Of a stretch of 6,015 nucleotides of DNA, positions 5,858 to 6,015 are shown in pieces. The DNA lies in the IMG/VR virus record IMGVR_UViG_3300023192_000822, positions 1 to 6,015 of that record; one strand, given 5' to 3'. Made by a program: the position numbers and the translations under genes. The notes beneath the pieces were generated by a model. The model saw nothing but the letters and a program-made list of their open reading frames with translations, ran no database searches and was not told the DNA's origin. Position 1 is the stretch's first letter, and every line of letters starts with the position of its first letter.

Positions 5858-6015
5858 TTAGGAAGCGTTCAAATCTCCAATCTTAGCCTGTACCCAGAGA
5901 TTCTTGCACCGCATTTCGCCCATGGTATAGAGCAGACCCCTCACTACCAAAGCATTGGCAGCGAAGTAGTCACGGTTCTCAACATACTGAGTAGGTTGAG
6001 CAACTGCAATTTCTA
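5858..6015 (-). CDS. Probable major capsid protein (HK97 fold), C-terminal 51 aa
   Basis: EIAVAQPTQYVENRDYFAANALVVRGLLYTMGEMRCKNLWVQAKIGDLNAS*. The PTQY..E, YTMGE.RC and Q.KI.DL pattern recalls capsid C-termini of halovirus/marine archaeal-virus-like tailed viruses. A hairpin follows, as is typical for capsid genes. Confidence 0.7.
   Translation of the reverse strand, partial: EIAVAQPTQYVENRDYFAANALVVRGLLYTMGEMRCKNLWVQAKIGDLNAS

Overview
AT-rich fragment of a tailed dsDNA virus (Caudoviricetes-like) genome. All credible genes are on the minus strand, and many are tightly coupled by TAATG/ATGA overlaps. In transcription order (right to left): the C-terminus of a probable HK97-fold major capsid protein; a GC hairpin; two small ORFs; a 307-aa beta-rich virion protein with an apparent carbohydrate-binding-like insert; and a 499-aa HK97/XkdF-type prohead protease fused to Cys repeats and a HiPIP-like 4-Cys ([4Fe-4S]-type) domain. 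A sigma70-like promoter then precedes a run of small genes: a 2-TM holin-like protein, a CxxC/CxxC zinc ribbon, a 13-Cys metallothionein-like peptide, a coiled coil and a MOA/agglutinin-C papain-like Cys peptidase. Next is a triple-hairpin element carrying a 15-nt perfect match to the 16S rRNA 3' end. A second sigma70-like promoter precedes a 24-aa membrane peptide, two hypothetical proteins and a trypsin-like serine protease truncated at the window edge. Several genes I read by hand are missing from the supplied ORF track. All family calls come from motif recognition by eye; no database searches were run.
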